Counted from the first letter of the stretch, positions 39,185 through 53,439 are shown. The stretch: DNA of 64,000 nt from Eledone cirrhosa (GCA_964016885.1 OZ024743.1:109988001-110052000); one strand, 5' to 3'. Translations and numbers: made by a program. Notes: generated by a model not told the origin, from the letters alone.

Positions 39185-41723
39185 GTAAGTTAATGAATAA
39201 CGTACCTTTGATATAGAAAACTGTGTGAAAATGATTCTCATTGTTGGTAATGTTCATAATATTGGAAAATAATGTATCATTTTCATTTTATGCTATGGTA
39301 TATTTATTCAGAATGTTTCTTTGCCTACGGTAACTATATACTTCCAGATAAGAAATATTGTATACACTAATGGACCTTACGGTAGCTATATCAGGGATAT
39401 TAACGTAGTAAGATATACAAATATGACATAATTTCATAGTGCATAGGAAAGAGCACTTTAGTTAAATCGGTATTCAATCAATATATTTCTCTTTATTATT
39501 TCAACTTGGTGAAATAACGGAGAAGGACGTAAATAAAAATATCGATACACCCGGATATCAAGAGTTCGGTTGTTACATTGTAGTGCTGTAAATGACGCTT
39601 TTTCATATGTTTCTCCTTTGATAAATGTGAATGATGTAAAATGAAGTTATGTTATATTTTAATAATAAAAATCCAAGTAAACAGCAGATATGAAATTCAC
39701 GTTCACTTTCAGCAGATATATTCGTTTTGGTTACACATGACGCTTGAATTAAAAAGACTCAGTATTTATCACAGTATTTATCAAACTATAGAGACGGCGA
39801 TTAAATAAGTATAATCATTATGACTTTAAACAAGATACTTTGAGTATCCCAAGCGTGTGCAGAGAAGAATTTTGATGAGGCGGACATTCTACTATTATAA
39901 ACAAAATAACACCTTGTTTCTCTCAACATAATGTCTCCAGATTCCCAATAGTGATTTCGAATTTATACAAAAGCAATTAATAACTTCTAATTTATTTTAG
40001 GAGACCTGAAAGGATGAAGAGCGACGTTGACTGTTGTCGTATTGGACTTCATAAAATAAAAAGCTGGAATATATATAGTCAAGAATGTCTGCAATGCCCT
40101 AGCGACCCTTCAAATCCACTGCCCTATCACGATTCACGAATATAATCATTATTTTGTTAATATTTCTTTAATGAATTTACTTGCATTTGTTTTCGTGGCA
40201 TTTATCTCTCCTACTTTCAATACAACATATTGTCACATATTTATCACCACATATGTATATGTAAACGAGTGTTTATAAATTGTGAAAGCAATACAATGTA
40301 TTACTTGATGCGAAAATATGTAACTAATCGGATATTCTTATAGTTCGGGGGTTTCATACTGTCAACGAAATCACACGCATCAGAGTAGTTTCATTTCAGT
40401 TCTATTAGTATTTCCTCAATTAATCAATATTTTGGTTCGTCAATAACCTGATGGCTATTTATTTACCATATGTAATTGTCAAAGCTCATTCGTCGCGTAC
40501 TATGTGACCGTCTCAATGACTATTTTCGCTTCTCTCCTCCGTTTGAATTTTATATATTGCCTTTAAGAAAGCCAAGATGAAGTAAATACAACAAAATTAA
40601 AACAAAGTGGAAGAACAGATGAGCAGGCGTTGTCATTGGGGTGGTTACAAAATGTATGACGAAAGAACGTTTATATTTGAATATGATAATTAAATAACTA
40701 TACGATTACCAAGTTAAAAGAACATGGATTAGGTACCTAATTAATGTTATAACTCAAGTTAAAATCAGCTCGTGCGAGTATTTTTCTAGACAGTATGATA
40801 CTGGCAAAATATTAACATACCATGTATTTCATTTCTTGGTAGAAATCAAAACGTCTACTGAATTTGCTAAATATATTCTGCGCAAATGTATATCTTTGAC
40901 TCATAACTAACATCACTGCTTACGCATCGTATGCCATCATGTATATGTATGTGTGTGTATTTGTGTCTGAGTGTGTATAAGCTGGTCGGCAATGTTGCAC
41001 TGTCCTCCGTGGAAGTTCACTCGGCAGTTTCTTGGACATGCCGTGCTGGTGTATATATTTGTTATATTGAGAGACCATGATGGAGAGGCACTGCAGCGTT
41101 AAGATGAAAGAGTAAGAGATGCAGAGGTATATCATACTTGGTAGCTAGTCGGGAGACATCTTATAGCTAATATGTAAATCATCAGGTGTCCATAGTTAAA
41201 TGTTATTATGTTGATCAGCTTAAAAGCGTATTTCTATTGTTTCAAATGCAATAATAAACATGCAACGTGCTGACATTCTACGTGTTCAAATTTACGTTTG
41301 CAGTTGACAGATGGTAAATCAGACGCTCTGTCTCCTATTATAGACATGAATGTATCAGCTAACCACGAGATTCCACACTATGAAAATCTAGCTAATTCCT
41401 TCTCTTTGTTAGCTGTTTGTTTGCATATGTTTTCACTTGACAACTTTCTATGACATAAGAATGGCATTTTCTTTCATATAGTGAGTTGCATAATTCAGTC
41501 ATTACTTAATGCCTTGTGTGTATACGCGTAAAACTTTCAGACATGCCGTGTCCTTTTCTTTTGTCTCTGAGTTCTATTTTACAGTGACTTTCTTTCTTTC
41601 GTTACGCCTTTTTGCGTGTTATATACATCTTTATATCAATCCCCCAATGCGTAATACAATTATCTTTTTATATAATTTCAAATATTACCAGTAATGCTAC
41701 TCCGAGGACAAGAACAGGGACGT

Positions 41724-41849
<126 letters not shown>

Positions 41850-41942
41850 GTTTTCTTTATTAACCACAAGGGTTCACATAAAGTAGACATTAAGGACAGT
41901 GCGGGACAATACAGGACGGTACAAATGGGCATTTCTGCGTGT
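41850..41942 (-). mobile_element. 93-bp 5'-truncated Tx1-like 3' end flanked by (AAT)n on both sides
   Basis: Nearly identical to 2449-2540 (ttaaccacaaggg...aagtagacattaaggacagt...caaatgggcatttctgcgt). Confidence 0.9.
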
Positions 41943-41971
41943 AACAATAATAATAATAATAATAATAATAA

Positions 41972-42921
41972 ACAATCATAAAGGAACTTGAGCAAGAACA
42001 AACCTATAAATACTTAGGGATTAATGAGGGCTCTGGCATGCAGCATGCAAGTATGAAAGAGAGGATGAGGAAATAATGTTACAGGAGAGTACGTGCAGTT
42101 CTGAGATCAGAACTAAACGCTCGTAACAAGTTGTAGCCATAAATTCCTTGGCAGTCCCAGTTGTCACTTATATCTTCGGTGTTTTGAACTGGAATATGTG
42201 TGAAATCAAAAGAATCGATACAAAGTCCGTAAGCTACTGACCTACAATAGGATGCACCATGCAAAAGCAGATGTGGATCATTTTTACCTTCCTAGAATTC
42301 AAGGATGCCGTGGCCTGATCCAATTTGAACTTGCTTACAAGACCACCATCATTGGACTGTCCAAATACATTGAAACAACTAAAGACGGTATGCTGAAACT
42401 TATTGAAAAGCATGTGAGAAGTAAGAAGCTTCATTCTATCTTGAAGGAGTGCAAACAATATGCTGCTGATCTCATGCTTGATACCCAGGCTGGACAGACT
42501 AAAGAAACTGTTGCAACTGATGCTGCTAGGCACATAAAATCACTGGCAAAAGCAATAGGGCAAGGAAAATTAGCATCAAATTTGTAGCAGAAGCTCGGCA
42601 TGGCCAATATGTGGCCCGTAGCAAACAAGCTAATGTTGACCAAAAGCACACCCATCAGTGGCTACGTAGTTCAGGGCTAAAGGCGGAGAGTGAAGGGTTC
42701 ATCTTAGCTGTCCAAGATCAAAGCTTATTGACTCGTAATTACCAGGCCAATGTGATGAGAAACGGAATAAATCCAAAGTGCCGATTCTGCAATGCTGAGG
42801 TTGAAACAGCGGATCACTTAGTCTCTGGAAGTAAAGTTTTATCACCAGTAGAAAATAGATATAGACACGACAGAGTTGGCCGATATCTAGTCGGGGCAAT
42901 ATGTCGGCATTACAAAATCAA
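41972..42921 (+). mobile_element. R4/Dong-like family C fragment (RT C-terminus to CCHC/RHD); 3' end missing
   Basis: IKELEQEQTYKYLG, MHHAKADVD.FYLPR..G.RGL, LKAESEGFILAVQDQSL, CRFC..ETADHLVSG, RHD. Confidence 0.85.
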
Positions 42922-45900
42922 AGCTTTCAGTGATAGCTTCCTCCCAGCCCATTTTTGGGTGAGACTGGCTACTCTGCTCGTTACCTCGTCCCAATTCTTT
43001 TCCACCTGGAGGTCTGGTCCGAACAAAATCCCGAGCAACTTTACTGGTCCGTCCTTCCTGCGCCGGACGACGCTGTTGGACGGCATGGGCTTGCCTCTCC
43101 AGGTTCCGAGCTGCAAGCCGACCGACTTTTCCGGGTTAAGTTTGGCTCCTGTCAACCTTTCATATTCCTTCAATAAGGTGCCGTCCACCTCGATTTCTGA
43201 AGTGTGATGTCGTCCGCATAAGCCGACACCGCCTTTCCACGTTTCGGTTCAAGCGGGATGCCCTGCAACAGCTCCAGCTTCCGCAGTAAAGGCTCGAGAG
43301 CCAATACGTATGGAAGGGAATAGAAAGGGCACCCTTGACCGATCGAGAGCGCCGAAATGGTTCCAAGAGGTGGCCATTAACCTTGACCAACAAGTGTGTG
43401 CCGCTGTGCATTGCAGCGATCCAATCTAAAGACAGGGCCGAAGCCAGCTGCTTTGAGGACAAACTCCAGATACTGATGGTCGAACCTATCGAATGCTTTC
43501 GATTGATCTAAATTGATCAGTGCCCCACCGAAGCCAGGTTTACACCCTACCCTCTCTATGATATATCGCATGAGGTGGAGATTGTCGTGTATGGACCTGG
43601 CTGGGATTGCGCAAGTTTGCGCCTCCCCAACCAAATACTCGATGACAAGGGCCAATCTCTTTGCTAACACCTTGGCCAAAATCTTAAACTCTGTGTTGAG
43701 CAGAGTTATGGGCCTGAAGTTGTCTAATGTATCCCTCTTGTTCTCGTCTTTCCTTATCAGAGTCACCACTCCCCTGCTCACAGAACTGGGAATACTCCCA
43801 TTCTGCTGCCAGTTGCAGTAGAGTGCTTCGAGGGGTTCGGAGAACAAGTCTGGCATATTTACGTAAAACACGTAGGGCAGGCCATCCAAACCGGGTGACT
43901 AGCGCATCATGCAGCCGACAAGGGCGTCCTGAATTTCGGCTGAAGTAATCGGCGTTTCGCAGCGCTCAGCATCCACCGTCGAGATGCGCGGCAAGATGTC
44001 ATGGTAGGGACTGAAATCCGCTACTCTCTCTGACTCGGCACTCTCACCGAACAACCGAGCAAAGTGCTGGCGAAAGACCTCACATACAGCTTGGAATCGC
44101 TTATCTCGTGTCCGTCTCGGTTCGCAAAAGACCGAATTGTTGTTTTATTACCACGCTGCGCCTCCGCTAAGCGAGCCCATCGAACAGCTTTGGTTGCCTC
44201 GTTTCTCATTAACGCGCCTTAGCTCTGACAATGCAGCCTTCGTGTTTGGCATTGAAGAAATGGTCTAATGCCATTGTCGCCGCTAGCACGTCAGTTGCAA
44301 TGCCACTACAAATAGCCTCGTCTAACTTATCTACCAGCTCCACTCCTTTCTATTTTTCTCTAACGCTATTTCTTTGCTGAACTCTATCGAAATTACTCTA
44401 ATCTCTCTTTTGAGAGCCCCCCACCATCTGTTGTTGATGATCCGCCCTGTCAACTTTTGCTTAACTAAATTGTTGACTAAGTCCCCGTAAGCCTTACGTG
44501 CCGGAAATGACATGTTCAGCTTCCAGTAACCCGGTCCTAACCTACGCGTTTTATCTAGTCCGACCGTACAGATCACAGATTTGTGATCTGAATAGGCGAC
44601 CGTTTTAAAATGTGGGCAGCCCACACTATTTCTATCTATTTTGCTAATGAAGATCCTGTCTATATACGATCTAGATGACCCCTTTCGGTTGGCCCATGCC
44701 CATACTGGCACATTGGGAAAATCTAGACGATACCTGTCAGACAGTTGGAACTGGCTGAGTAGGTGCTTGAGGCTTTTGCACGCCCCGCTCCTATTGGCTA
44801 CTCCCACACAATCCCAGCGTACGTCTCACATGCCTTTCCGGTCCTCCGCTAACAGTAAAGGGCGAGACGTACCCAGAAAGGTCTCCAGGCGCCTAAAGAA
44901 GTCCAGTAGTCCGGCCCCTGTAGTGGCGTAGACGGCCAGCCGTCTAAAGGCACCACTTTCGCTACTGCTCACATCAAAGACCACCAACTTACCGTCCGGA
45001 TTCCCGGAAGATCGACCTTACCTCGAGATCCAGTCCTTTCCTAAACAGCACTGCCACCCCCACCCCCTCATTCCCGGTCTGCTAACAGATGCGAAGATCT
45101 GATAGTCGTCGAAAATAGGGGCTAGTGCGCGCGTGTCGGAAATTCCGGTTTTCGCTGACGGCAATCACATCCATTTCCAGCGACCTGAGGTCGTTGAGCA
45201 GGCGACCCGTCTTCCAGGGTGACCCCAGGCCGCGAACATTTAAACTTCCTACTCTTAATATGGCCATATTGGTAATCTAAGAGAGAGAGGGAAGGTTTAC
45301 TTACCTCCCGGGGTCTTGTGAAGGTCGAGTGGTTCGACCTCCATGGTTGGCGTGGTTTCTTTTGGGAACCCCTTTAAAAGTCTTGATGTGGGTTTCACAT
45401 TAGTGCTTCCCACGTCTTGAGGAAAGCTCTCTCGAATTTCTTTGAAGGAATTGAATGAAATTCGGACCAGAAGCAACTCTTCTGGCACGCAAAATGTGCT
45501 CATTTCAAAAATCTCCCCCTCTGTTTGAATGTCCTCGCTTCGTGCTAAGAGGGCCATCAGTTTATAGTTGGCCCTTCTGACAAGCACGAAGTTTTTAACA
45601 TTTTGTTGGTGTGGTTTTATTTGTTTTCTTTTGGTGACTGTGGTGGCGATGTTTTTTGTGTTGTTGTTTCTGGTATATCTGTGGTTGTTGCAGGTGTGGT
45701 GTCTGCAATTTCAGGTATTTGTGTGTTTATTTGTACTTGTGTTTGTTTAGGTTGTTTGCGTTTCGGGTATTGTGAAGGTGGTATCGATGTAGCTGATGGT
45801 GATGATGTTATTGGGGGAGTGTTTGCGTTAATGGTGTCTGTATTTTTTGTTGTGTATGTTTTTGTGTTTTCTTGGGGCTTTTTTTATTTTTGTGAGTTTT

Positions 45901-47520
45901 CTTGGTTTTGTTTGCACTTTTGGGTTTTCCTTTATCTTCGCTGCTGGAAGACAAAGGGTCTGTGGCTGTGAGTGTCTATGTGTCTGTGTGTGCGTTTATT
46001 GTTTTGTCTATGTGTATAATTGGGGGGGGGGGGGGTGAAAATGGAGTGGGAGAGTTTTCTCGTTTTCCACTTGGATTGGTTTTGATGTTGGTGGTGATCC
46101 GGCTGTTTTTGATGTTGCTGTCCGTGTTTTTGTTGGTGTTGTTTTTGGTGGTGGTGGTGGTGGTGCAGATTTCCGTGCTGACACTGGCGTTCGCAACAAA
46201 GGAGGTTTGTGATTCCCTGCATTTTTGCGCTGAGTGCAGAAGGCTCGCAGATGCGTTGCTTCCCCGCAGACGAAGTTGCGTGGCCTTCTTCCGTCAATGA
46301 TTAGTTGGATTGTTGTCCCGTCCTGCAGGCGGGCAAAATCCGGGATGTTGTTCATATCCTCCGGTTTCATTTGGAGAAGAATCTCCAAATCCATTCCGGA
46401 CCAGTCCTCTCTCTCTGTCCTTTTGATATCTAGTAGGGTAGTGTCTGTCCCCTCCTCGATTACGCTTCCCAGCAGACACCATATGTTCATTCCTGGTGGG
46501 GTGCTGGGAATGCGTACCTTTACTGTCCTTTTACCCATGTAGGACGGATGCATGATAATGCGTTCCGTTCTGCAGGGGTTCACCGACTGCTTAATAGCGA
46601 GGGCCTCGGTTTGAACATTACCGAGATGGTACCGAACTGTTTGCCTCTTGCTTTGTACTCTATGTTACTTCCGATGTACTCCAAAGCAGCCTCGACCTCT
46701 GCTTAGCTGGCAAGTTCCACTTTTCGTGTCTGCACTGAAATGCATCGAAAGAACACCGTCCTCCTTTGCATGGCCGCTATTGCCTCGTCCGAGATGGACA
46801 GGTTTTCCCAGGACTTCTCCCGTTTAATTAGCCTCCACGCTTTGGCCAACTGTTCGTCTTTATCGCTAATATCAATATCAATATTCAATAAGCGCTTTGT
46901 TTTTGCTGCTGCTGCAACAAATGTGGTGCTTCTGATGCTTTTATTGCTGGTGTTGTCATTCTTGTTGTTGTTATTTGTGTTGTTGTTGTTTCGTTTGTTG
47001 ATGCTGTTGCCACCGCCATCCGTGTTTACATTGAAGCTGTCAGTGTTATTGTCGTTATTGCTCTGAGTTGTTTTTGTGGTGGTGGTGGTGGTGGTGGTGG
47101 CGGTGGTGGTGATGTCGTTTTCAGATGATACTGCTGCTATCACAGAAGGTTGAGTTTTGCCTTCACATTCAGTAGAGTGGATGACAGGCATGACTGTAGC
47201 CGTCGTAGTCGTGGTGAAATCTGCAGTGGCTGCCTTTAAACATTTGACATGAACGTTATTTACCGTTTCAAGGTCGAAAATTTCCATAATTATTTTTTTT
47301 TGTGGGGAAGCGATTTTTTTTTCGAAGTTTAAAAAAAATAAATCTGAATATTCGGGCTTAAAGCCCGAATATTGAGAGGCATCGCTCTCTTTAAATCAAG
47401 ATGTGTAACTTAAGTTTCGTTAACGACAAGAAAATACAAAAAATGACACTTTAAAACAGCTTAAAGTTACGATCCTTTTCCCCCGCAGATTTGTACTGTC
47501 TTCACACATGTGCGGCCATA
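42922..47520 (-). mobile_element. Tx1/L1-like LINE, copy 2 (diverged subfamily, 3' end deleted)
   Basis: ORF1 pieces 46703..47287, 46008..46583, 45297..45587. ORF2 pieces 45082..45267 (SLNVRGL), 44331..44807 (YIDR, SDH, GYWKLN), 43377..43889 (FRPITLLN, KAFDR), 42910..43188. Confidence 0.9.
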
Positions 47521-47534
47521 TTAATTATGATATA

Positions 47535-47892
47535 ATTCTGAGAAGTTTTATGAGCATAGACCAGAGTCGGCGATAGAAAACGATCAGGTGAAGTGTTATG
47601 GGATTTTAGGATACAGACGGACAAAAAATTAGAACACAATAGGCCGGACCTGGTGGGTTTGGACAAGGGAAAAAAGTTCGTGCCTGATTGTAGATGTAGC
47701 GTGCCCATTTGACACGAGAGTGCAAGAGAAGGAGAGGGAGAAATAAACCGATGCCAGGATTTAAAGTGGAAGGTAAAACGGATTTGGAACTGCCATGAAA
47801 TAAAGGTCGTCCCGATTGTCATAGGCGCACTAGGTACTATCTCAAAGAGTTTCCAAGGATGGTTAAAGAAGAATAGTCCCGCCCCGTTTTTT
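47535..47892 (+). mobile_element. R4-like family A RLE fragment
   Basis: Matches the copy 1/2 RLE region (gggattttaggatacagacggac...gtcataggcgcactagg). Confidence 0.85.
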
Positions 47893-48183
47893 TGTAGGCG
47901 CTCTAGGAATGATACCTAAGGGGTCTAATGATTACTTATCGCAATCCCAGGAAACCCGCGTAAAGGAGAAATACAAAAGATAGTACTAATGGAATCTACC
48001 CATATACTAAGGAAGATTCTGTCAATATTCACCTAAACACCTAAAGATGCATGTGTGTGTATGTATGTTCTTTCTTGAACATGGCGGACCTTGTTTTCCC
48101 TTGAGGTCACTGGTTGTGACTTGGTGATAACTCGTATGAACATAAAGCAAGATAAATGCAACTATAATAATACTAATAATAAT
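47893..48183 (+). mobile_element. R4-like family B 3' end with short AAT tail, joined directly to the family A fragment
   Basis: Matches 20408-20705 (gtaggc.ctctaggaatgata...gaggtcactggttgtgacttgg). Confidence 0.85.
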
Positions 48184-48345
48184 GTTTCTAGTTTTGGCAC
48201 AAGCAATTATCCCAGTGCAATACTGGTGCGCACAAAGCCAACACCTTTTTTTTTGTGGGGGGGGGGGGGGGGCAGGAGACGATTAAAATGAACCCAGTGC
48301 ATTTCTGGTACTTAGTTTTCTCGTCTCCGTAAGAATAAAAGGTAA
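48183..48345 (-). mobile_element. Degenerate SINE pieces in the tail of the family B end
   Basis: tgtttctag..ttggcacaag, cccagtgca..actggt, ctggtactta...aaggtaaa. Confidence 0.55.
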
Positions 48346-48844
48346 ATCTAAATAATAATGTTCTTATTTCGACGATGATTTTGATTACACATTTTTGTCC
48401 AAACATTATTATGTGTTATTATACGTATATGTCAGGAAATAATTTCCTTCAGAGCTGGTTCCGCCAAGGATTTTTTTCAAATTTTCTCATAAGCTGCCTC
48501 TTTCTAAAAATGGCGAAGTGAAAGAACTATAAATGATATCACCCCATCTCTGTTAAAATAGGTTGACTGTTGTTGTATTTTTCTTACAGCCTGAGGGACT
48601 TCAAAGAAAAGATGACATCAATTTATTCGTAGTCCAATGTTGCTAACCTTGAACGGGACACGGGGAGAGAGAATGTAGTTCAAACAAAGTAAAAAACTTA
48701 GCCTAGGCAAATACCAAATCAAAAACAAATGACAACAGCATCAGAAAGTAACAATAATTATAACAATAATACGATAGAGGTTAACCACAAGAACAAAAAT
48801 AACAGTGATAATTAGGGTGATCATAAAATTAATAGTAATAGAAA

Positions 48845-48928
48845 TAATTGTTTCTACTTTAAGCACAAGGCCAGCAATTATCCAGTGCGTTACTGGTACT
48901 TTATTTTATCGACCCCGTAGGGATGAAA
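48845..48928 (-). mobile_element. 5'-truncated SINE
   Basis: attgtttctactttaagcacaaggccagcaatt...atcgaccccgtagggatgaaa. Confidence 0.8.
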
Positions 48929-49039
48929 TCAAAGTAATAGTAATAGAAATAATGATGGTGGTAATGATTTGTTTGTTAACCACAAAAAGATTACATGAAT
49001 AACTCATTAAGGACATTACTACTAAGAATAAAAAAGATT

Positions 49040-51320
49040 TGGCGAGAACAAATTGGCTAGCACCTGGTATGGAGTTGGTGTGCCACCTGGGCAGGGCTAT
49101 CCCACTAATCTTGGTTGATAATCGTTCTAGAAGTGGTGTCTTCAACAAAATTACCCCTAGGCGGTGAAGGATAAAATTCCACAATACCTGCAGACAAAAC
49201 ACATACCGAATCAGTCGTCGCCAGAGTCATCAAGTGTCACGTCCTTCAGGGATGATTCAGACATGTGTCGAAAAGTATGTATCTTTTTGCTAAATACGGA
49301 CAGGAATGGTCACTTGAAAGAGACTAATCTTAAATCAACCCTTCCATGTTCAGCATTACAAGGAAGTAAAACATCTAGAAGTATCAAATGCCAATATCAA
49401 ATTTGGGTAGAAATGAATATGTGACAGAAATCGTATTGACTATGTTGTCCCAGGAGAGATTTCACAAATTCACAATATGGATGAGGATAGTTTACTCATC
49501 AACATAAAGATCAGGTAGATCAAACAAAACAGAAAATTCTCAATGAACTTGGAAAAAAACCCGACAAGCAACGAGAACAAAATATATGAGATTCGGGCTG
49601 TTAATACAATGATTAAAAAGCTGGAGCCGGATGTCTCATAATTGAATGAGGTTATTTGTGCAGCAGCCACTCTAATAGAAATGTAAAATGGGTTAAGGAA
49701 AACCGAAAAGGACATAACTCTCACAAAAAAACCACACTGGAATATAACAACTGAGAAACAATTGAAACGCGGGAGAAATATCGATCCTGAATGAAATATA
49801 GGCTGGGAAATCTGTGAAGTCAAGAAAAGAAAAAAAAAGTGATTAAGAAATACAAATTAACTTCAAAGCCTGAAATTCTTTCAACAAAAGAAACCCTGAA
49901 ACAGAAAGCACAATTGCAAGCTCAAAGAGTCACAATATTCGAAAAGCGAAGTAGGTTTTACAGGCAAAAAAACAAAACCAAAAAATCTGTTTCTGTCAGG
50001 GAATTCGTGACACAGACAATTCAAGTGAAGGAACATCCTTCATTTCCTAAAATTGAAGAATTAGGGAAAACAGTATGGAGTAGAGAAACATTCCATAAAG
50101 CGAATGAATAATGAATATAGAACATGGAAGACACATAATAATTTAGAATGCTAGATTTGATAATAAATGACTATATAAAAACTGGTGTTAGCACTAAAAA
50201 AGCCTTCAGACGGACATTTAGAACCTTCATAAGGTGTCTACATTCTAGCCATCTCCTCTAACTGCTATCCATGATTCGTAAATTTAATAACATAATTATG
50301 TACAACTCTGAGAAATCTCCTGGTTGATTTGCAAATGGAATGACATATCTCTTGCCAAATTCGACAGAAACAAATATTCAAAAAATTATCATCTTATTAC
50401 TTGCCTTCCTACTTCATACACAAATCTCAACCCTTCCTTGACTGAGAAAACCTAAAAACACGTATATGAAAATCATTTTTTACATATTTTGGAAAAAAGC
50501 TTGTAGCCGTGTGTCGTGCGCTTGCAAAGACTAACATCTAATTAAATGTATGATTCTGGAAATCTGTCATAAAATGTATTGACTATAAGAAAATATTTGA
50601 TAGTGTTCCCTACTCATGGATTTTAAAATCTTTGGTTGTTCTGAAAATTGCCCCGGTAATAGCAAACTTCCTGATATACAACATATCTGTATTGAATACA
50701 AATCCACCACTGTCACACAGTGATGGGACTATAAAATCCCTGCAGCATACGCATTACGTCTGGTATTTTTCAAGGTGATACGTTTTATTCTCTGATAATT
50801 TGCATTGAATTCCCGCCGCTGATATAGAGCAAACTCTCAACCAATAGTGGCTGCAGAATTCTACCTAAAATCAGAGAGTGAGAGATTCGTTTTGGCTGCA
50901 AAAGACCAGTATCTTTCAAAACACCACTTTCAAGCCAATGTGATCAGAAACAGAACTGAGCCAAATTGCCGATACAGTGATTAGCATGTTGAGACTATTA
51001 ACCACCTGCTTTTAGGGAGAAAGGTGATAGCTCCACAGAAATATAAAACGGGTCATGATAGAGTGGAACGATATTTGCACCGGATAATAAGCAGGTAATA
51101 TGGTATATAAACAGAGAGAAATATTATAGCCATCACTCATATGCAGCAAAAGAAGGCGAACATGTGACATTTATATCGGATTTCCGTATGAACTCTGACA
51201 GAACAATCAATTCCAACAGACCTGTTAAAATTGTGAAGGACAACATGTTTCTTAATTGAGAGACAACATGTTTCTTATTTGACAGGAACATTCCAGCTGA
51301 TCGTAAAATCTCGACGGAAT
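49040..51320 (+). mobile_element. Old, internally deleted R4/Dong-like element with family-B-like 5' UTR
   Basis: KETLKQK.Q..AQR...FEKRSRFYRQ, NGMTYLLP, ITCLPT, GIFQGD, LAAKDQ, ETINHL, HDRV; 5' motif shared with 16800-16895. Confidence 0.75.
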
Positions 51321-52151
51321 ACATCCTAGCTTCAATTTGCCAAATTGCACTCATACGTTGTGTGTTTTAACCGGAAAATCACAATTGTAAAACGAATATC
51401 GTAAATATTTAATAACCAGTAATAATATTATTTTTCGTAATTATCATCGCATCATTCTAATCACACAATAACAATGACCAAAACAACATTATTAACCCGA
51501 AATTCACACCCGGACAGCAACGAGTTAAACAAAATTATTCTGAAATTTATTTTTGAAAATGATTTCCAAAAATTCAAAATATGATTCTAGCTAGAAGATA
51601 TGGCCATCCAATAATATGCAGAAAATGTCAGGGGTTTATATCAACTTTCGAATTCGATAAATAGAACATAATGAAATGGATTATAACAATGTGCCAAGAT
51701 ACTGTGCGTGGAAAATTTGGTAATTTTTTTATTGAAAGAATTGCATTAGTATGTTGTTTATATTTTGTACTTAAGCAATGTTCTCTTTGATAACATTGTT
51801 GTCCGAAAAATTGATTTTAAAATACATAAACAGGTGCATGAAGTTACATTTAATTAGGTTGGTATTCAATAGCCATACCCTCAACTACACAAGGCATCAT
51901 GCTGTTCTTAATTACACATTTACGCATATGTTTCTTAATGCAACTATAGTACCCGTAATTGAATGTACACAATTTTAATGAATCACATGTAAATATATAT
52001 ACACATTCCAACACACTATATATTTTTATGCATATATGATAAATACGAATACATCTATAATATTTAATAACATACATAGATTCATACATTCATACATTAT
52101 ATACATACACACATCCAGCCCCCACCCCCATACATATATGTATACCTTATT

Positions 52152-52202
<51 letters not shown>

Positions 52203-52425
52203 GTTAAAAGTTAAGTTATATATATATATATATACACATACAAAGAAGGTATTCAATTTATTACAGAAAAGATATCTTCAGGAAAGTCAGATAATTTTCT
52301 CGGCTTCAGTATTTATTGTTTCATTCGAATGAATGTTGAGAGAGGTAAATAAGGAGAGGGATCAGAGACTGATGGTGGCGTGGTGATAGATAAAGAGGGA
52401 AGTGATATACATGCATACACAAACG

Positions 52426-52469
<44 letters not shown>

Positions 52470-52592
52470 ATATTAACAAATGAACACTATATTTATAAAA
52501 CTATGGAGCGCCATAGTTTACCTTGGTGGCCCTTGAAATATGTATAATGAAATAAATATGGTTTTATAAATATAGTTTCCATTTGTTAATAT
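52470..52592. repeat. Short fold-back (about 35-bp arms) next to (AT)n; right part is an inverted copy of 53440-53505
   Basis: atattaacaaatg...actatatttataaaac pairs with gttttataaatatagt...catttgttaatat. Confidence 0.7.
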
Positions 52593-52684
52593 ATTGTATA
52601 TTTACTCCAATAATTTGTTGAGTGATTTATATCAGTTATAAAAATATTTTGTTTCTTGTGTCCCAACAAATTAAATATAACCTC

Positions 52685-52732
<48 letters not shown>

Positions 52733-52839
52733 TGCATACGTACACACTCATATATACACGCACGCATGTACACACACACACACACACACACACAGGCAGA
52801 CATATACATATGTACGTATTGGTTATATCGGACATTAAT

Positions 52840-53020
52840 AATTGTTTCTACTTTAGGCACAAGGCCAGCAATTAACCAGTACATTACTGGTACTTTATTT
52901 TATCGACCCCGTAAGGATGAGAGGCAAAGTTAACCTCGGCGGGATTTGAACTCAGACTGTAAAGGGACGTAACTATGCTAGAAAACATAGCGTCCAACCC
53001 TCTACTGATACTGCCAATTC
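52840..53020 (-). mobile_element. tRNA-derived SINE, full length
   Basis: Same family as 30504-30685. Confidence 0.88.
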
Positions 53021-53350
53021 AGTGCCCACTAATAATATTCGATTCCTTTCTAAAGAAACGAACCGAATAAAGCTGTGTCGTGCCGAAGACAAATCGTCAT
53101 CTGTTGGTTCAACATTGACATCGAGGAACAATCAACAAGTTTCTAGGACATTATCTCTCATCAGGACAGTATACCATCGCCAATCTGTTGAACGGCTGAA
53201 AATATATAGTATTTTTATAAGTACACATCAGCTGAGCAGCCTCATTTACATACCGTGCGAGTTACTGCTGATAGTGCTGAAAACTAAAAGTAAAATTAGA
53301 ATATACTTTCTTGCCCTAGCACAGCTGATACATAAATGCAAGTATGCATA

Positions 53351-53403
<53 letters not shown>

Positions 53404-53407
53404 CCCC

Positions 53408-53439
<32 letters not shown>

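Noticed and set aside
39990-40125. Very degenerate SINE-like sequence (also about 24710-24880)
   Set aside because: Only fragments such as aaggatgaa match; boundaries cannot be supported.
40975-41165. GC-richer island that looks coding
   Set aside because: Stops in the frames tried, no recognisable motif or splice pair; probably an old repeat fragment.
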